NCBI GenBank assembly: GCA_035546035.1
Contig: DASZXC010000008.1
Coordinates: forward strand, 188,265 to 252,264
Length of the DNA stretch: 64,000 nucleotides
Direction: 5' to 3'
Source: Minisyncoccota bacterium
GTDB taxonomy: Bacteria; Patescibacteriota; Minisyncoccia; Phycocordibacterales; UBA6065
The notes beneath the pieces were generated by a model. The model was not told the origin of the DNA. It saw only the letters and a program-made list of their open reading frames with translations, and did not search any database. The position numbers and the translations under genes were made by a program. The first letter of the stretch is position 1. Each line of letters opens with the position of its first letter. Shown piece by piece: positions 61,547 through 64,000 of this stretch.

Positions 61547-62530
61547 ATGGAAGATGTAACTAAGAAATATCCAAATACTCCAAGAGGGGTAGATCTAAAA
61601 AAGATTTGCCTTAATCCGAACTTCGGCGATCTAACTTTTTCTGTATCACTTCCGATCTTGGAAAAGATGCAATCCGATGTTGTTGAGCTTGAAGATTTGG
61701 ACTACAAGCAATATCTCACTGATAGCGAGATAAATCAGATCACTAACGCTGTTAATACATATAACAACTATATTCAGCAAATACAGAGCTTTACTCTTAG
61801 TCAGGGGAATCCAAAACAGACGAGAGATAACATTGAGAATAGTATAAAGAGTTTCTATCAGAACTCTTTTGCTCAGCAAACAAGAAACTCACTAATTTAT
61901 CTCCGGCAGCAGGTAAAACTCGATGATAGAACACAGAAGGATCTTCAACAGGCTGTTGTTAACGCAAGGAAGATTGAGAAAGAGTTGAATGATCGTTTGT
62001 CTAGAATAAAAAAAGACGAGGAATCAGTATCAAAGAAAGCCGGAATAGTCTCAAGCAAGTATCTTTCTCAGGTGTTTAGAGAAGCGGCAGAGAGATCGCA
62101 AACAAGAGTTGCAAAGTGGTTCAAGGCCATAATCATCTTCTCAATTTTGCTTGCAATCGTCGCAGGTCTACTTTTCTACATATATGTAACGTCAATACAG
62201 GCAAGTGATGTAAATATAAAAACAGAATTCACAATTTTCAGCGTCCTCTTGATTGCTATTAGCTTTTATATACTTCGATTTTGCGTTAGGAACTTCAATG
62301 TTCTTAATCATCTCATTGAGTCAAACAAACATAGGGCAAATGTCGCTGAAACACTTGAGGCTTTCATCACTTCGGGAAATGGCGATTTAGATATTAAGGC
62401 TGCCTTATTGAAAGAAGCAGCCCCTGCTATGTTTGCTGCCGATTCAACAGGCTATCTTACTAAGGATCAGATGGAGATTTCCTCTCCAGTTCAAGAGTTG
62501 ATCACGACTTTTGTCTCTGATAAAAAATAA
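61547..62530 (+). CDS. Low-GC coiled-coil/2-TM hypothetical protein
   Basis: Long AT-rich ORF directly after tRNA. Confidence 0.72.
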   Translation: MEDVTKKYPNTPRGVDLKKICLNPNFGDLTFSVSLPILEKMQSDVVELEDLDYKQYLTDSEINQITNAVNTYNNYIQQIQSFTLSQGNPKQTRDNIENSIKSFYQNSFAQQTRNSLIYLRQQVKLDDRTQKDLQQAVVNARKIEKELNDRLSRIKKDEESVSKKAGIVSSKYLSQVFREAAERSQTRVAKWFKAIIIFSILLAIVAGLLFYIYVTSIQASDVNIKTEFTIFSVLLIAISFYILRFCVRNFNVLNHLIESNKHRANVAETLEAFITSGNGDLDIKAALLKEAAPAMFAADSTGYLTKDQMEISSPVQELITTFVSDKK

Positions 62531-62532
62531 AG

Positions 62533-62916
62533 ATGAGCAGAGAAATCTTTGAAGATAAGCGTAAACACGGTCTAGATGTTGAATTAGATTTCTTCAACAA
62601 ATGGTCAGTTCTCTCTGGCGGAACCTTTTCACTTCTTATTCCACTGGTTCAAAGCCTGGATAGATTGATTATCTTTAGGTATTTGCTAACCATTGGGGCA
62701 ATAAGTGTTTTGATCTCCTTACTCTCTTCTGTGCTGGGTCTTTTCTCTGCTACAGAATGGATTCGCAGAATAGATTTTTCATGGCCCAACTTTCCGACCG
62801 ATAGAGTATTCAAGTTTTTTCGCAGTTTAAAAAACTGGTCACGTATAATTGCACTTTTGGCATATATAATTGGCGTTGTGTTTATTGCTTTGTTTATTAA
62901 TAAAAATATTTTTTGA
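62533..62916 (+). CDS. Low-GC membrane protein
   Basis: 127 aa, about three TM helices. Confidence 0.65.
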   Translation: MSREIFEDKRKHGLDVELDFFNKWSVLSGGTFSLLIPLVQSLDRLIIFRYLLTIGAISVLISLLSSVLGLFSATEWIRRIDFSWPNFPTDRVFKFFRSLKNWSRIIALLAYIIGVVFIALFINKNIF

Positions 62917-63066
62917 CCTACCGAGACCCCTAAATCCCAAACCTCCGAAAGAGCCTAAATATCCTTACGGTGTCTGACCCCAGTCAGTACGAGACCGAGG
63001 TGCGCAACAAGAAAGCAAAAACCGCTCAAGATAAAATCTGGGCGGTTTTTGCTACACTTACCTGAT

Positions 63067-63351
63067 ATGAAAGCCCGCAATTCGGAGGCAGTGAAAAGAT
63101 TCCAGGATATACCGAACATCGGACCGGCCATGGCCGCTGATTTTAAGCTTCTCGGCCTTACGGATCCATCGGATCTAAAAGGGAATGACCCTTTCGCACT
63201 TTACAAGCGTCTGTGCGCGCTGACCGGATCCGTTCAAGACCCATGCGTGCTAGACACCTACATGGCCGCCATAGATTTCATGAACGGTGCCCCGGCAAGG
63301 CCGTGGTGGCACTATACTCCCGAGAGGAAGAAGAGATATTCTCGAGAGTAG
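63067..63351 (+). CDS. HhH Cdd1/mitomycin-resistance-like protein
   Basis: IPNIGPAMA, QDPCVLDT, PWWHY. Confidence 0.8.
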   Translation: MKARNSEAVKRFQDIPNIGPAMAADFKLLGLTDPSDLKGNDPFALYKRLCALTGSVQDPCVLDTYMAAIDFMNGAPARPWWHYTPERKKRYSRE

Positions 63352-63365
63352 CGAATCGGCCGTAT

Positions 63366-63857
63366 TTATCCCTTCCCCTGAAGCGTCACGCCGCTCGCAT
63401 TCTGATGGACGTCGAAGGTGAATCGATAGTCCTGGTCGGCGATCTTGGTGCTCGCGACTGCCTGCGGCTCGACAGAGATGAGCGATACGGTATATGCATC
63501 TATCGGCGTCGTGCTGCCGAGGCTTATAACGTCCTGTTGAGAGCCGCCGCTATCCAATACCGATCGGACGACGACGCGGACCGTTCCCGCCCATATGCAC
63601 TGGACGCCTGCCGCGCAGCGGCTGTCTTCGGAGACCGAGAGGGGAATGATCGTAATGCCCGGAAAGACCGCTTCCTGACCCAAGCCGACCGTAGCCGTGC
63701 CGTACGGATTGACCATGCTCGTTCCTGAAGGCGTAGAAGTCGAGCTCGGCGTCGTCGAGGCGCCGCGCGTATTCCAGAAATATATGCTTAATCCGACGAG
63801 AATCACTATGAGGACGACCACTGCCCACATCCCATAGTTCTTTTGGTTGTTGTCCAT
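63366..63857 (-). CDS. Membrane-anchored protein
   Basis: TM plus DSRCAAGVQCIWAG. Confidence 0.72.
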   Translation of the reverse strand: MDNNQKNYGMWAVVVLIVILVGLSIYFWNTRGASTTPSSTSTPSGTSMVNPYGTATVGLGQEAVFPGITIIPLSVSEDSRCAAGVQCIWAGTVRVVVRSVLDSGGSQQDVISLGSTTPIDAYTVSLISVEPQAVASTKIADQDYRFTFDVHQNASGVTLQGKG

Positions 63858-64000
63858 ATTTTATTAAGCTATTTATACAGATACTACAGGAAATCGAGGC
63901 CGGATTGTTTCAAATTATAAAAGCGCTTCTGGGCGGAGAAGCGCTTTTATCTGATCACTATTAGAAGGACACATAGGTATTACGGAGCAGGAGGCGTTTT

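Overview
The window looks like a Patescibacteria/CPR (Parcubacteria-like) chromosome; this is inferred from gene content and style. Housekeeping genes flank a ~32 kb accessory island that begins after tRNA-Ser(GCT): recG, mutY and an ABC-2 exporter on the left; comF, a complete type IV pilus cluster, ligA, a 1555-aa surface protein, gatCA and tRNA-fMet on the right. The island holds Shedu, an IS256-type transposase and two tandem paralogous elements. Each element has a large serine recombinase, a TerS-like gene and ParB-DNA methyltransferase(s); only the first has TerL, and neither shows capsid, portal or tail genes. Element 1 carries a DGR (TR/VR pair with 17 mismatches, all at TR adenines) whose RT is frameshifted inside a 39-nt GA tract and whose avd is inverted. 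It also carries a leftward operon ending in the DGR target, punctuated by four copies of a covarying three-hairpin + boxA-like RNA motif and one type III hammerhead ribozyme, plus a LexA-Cap5-CD-NTase-E2 CBASS. Both elements encode a covarying multi-hairpin leader RNA reminiscent of c4/CI antisense RNAs. All alignments and folds were done by eye.
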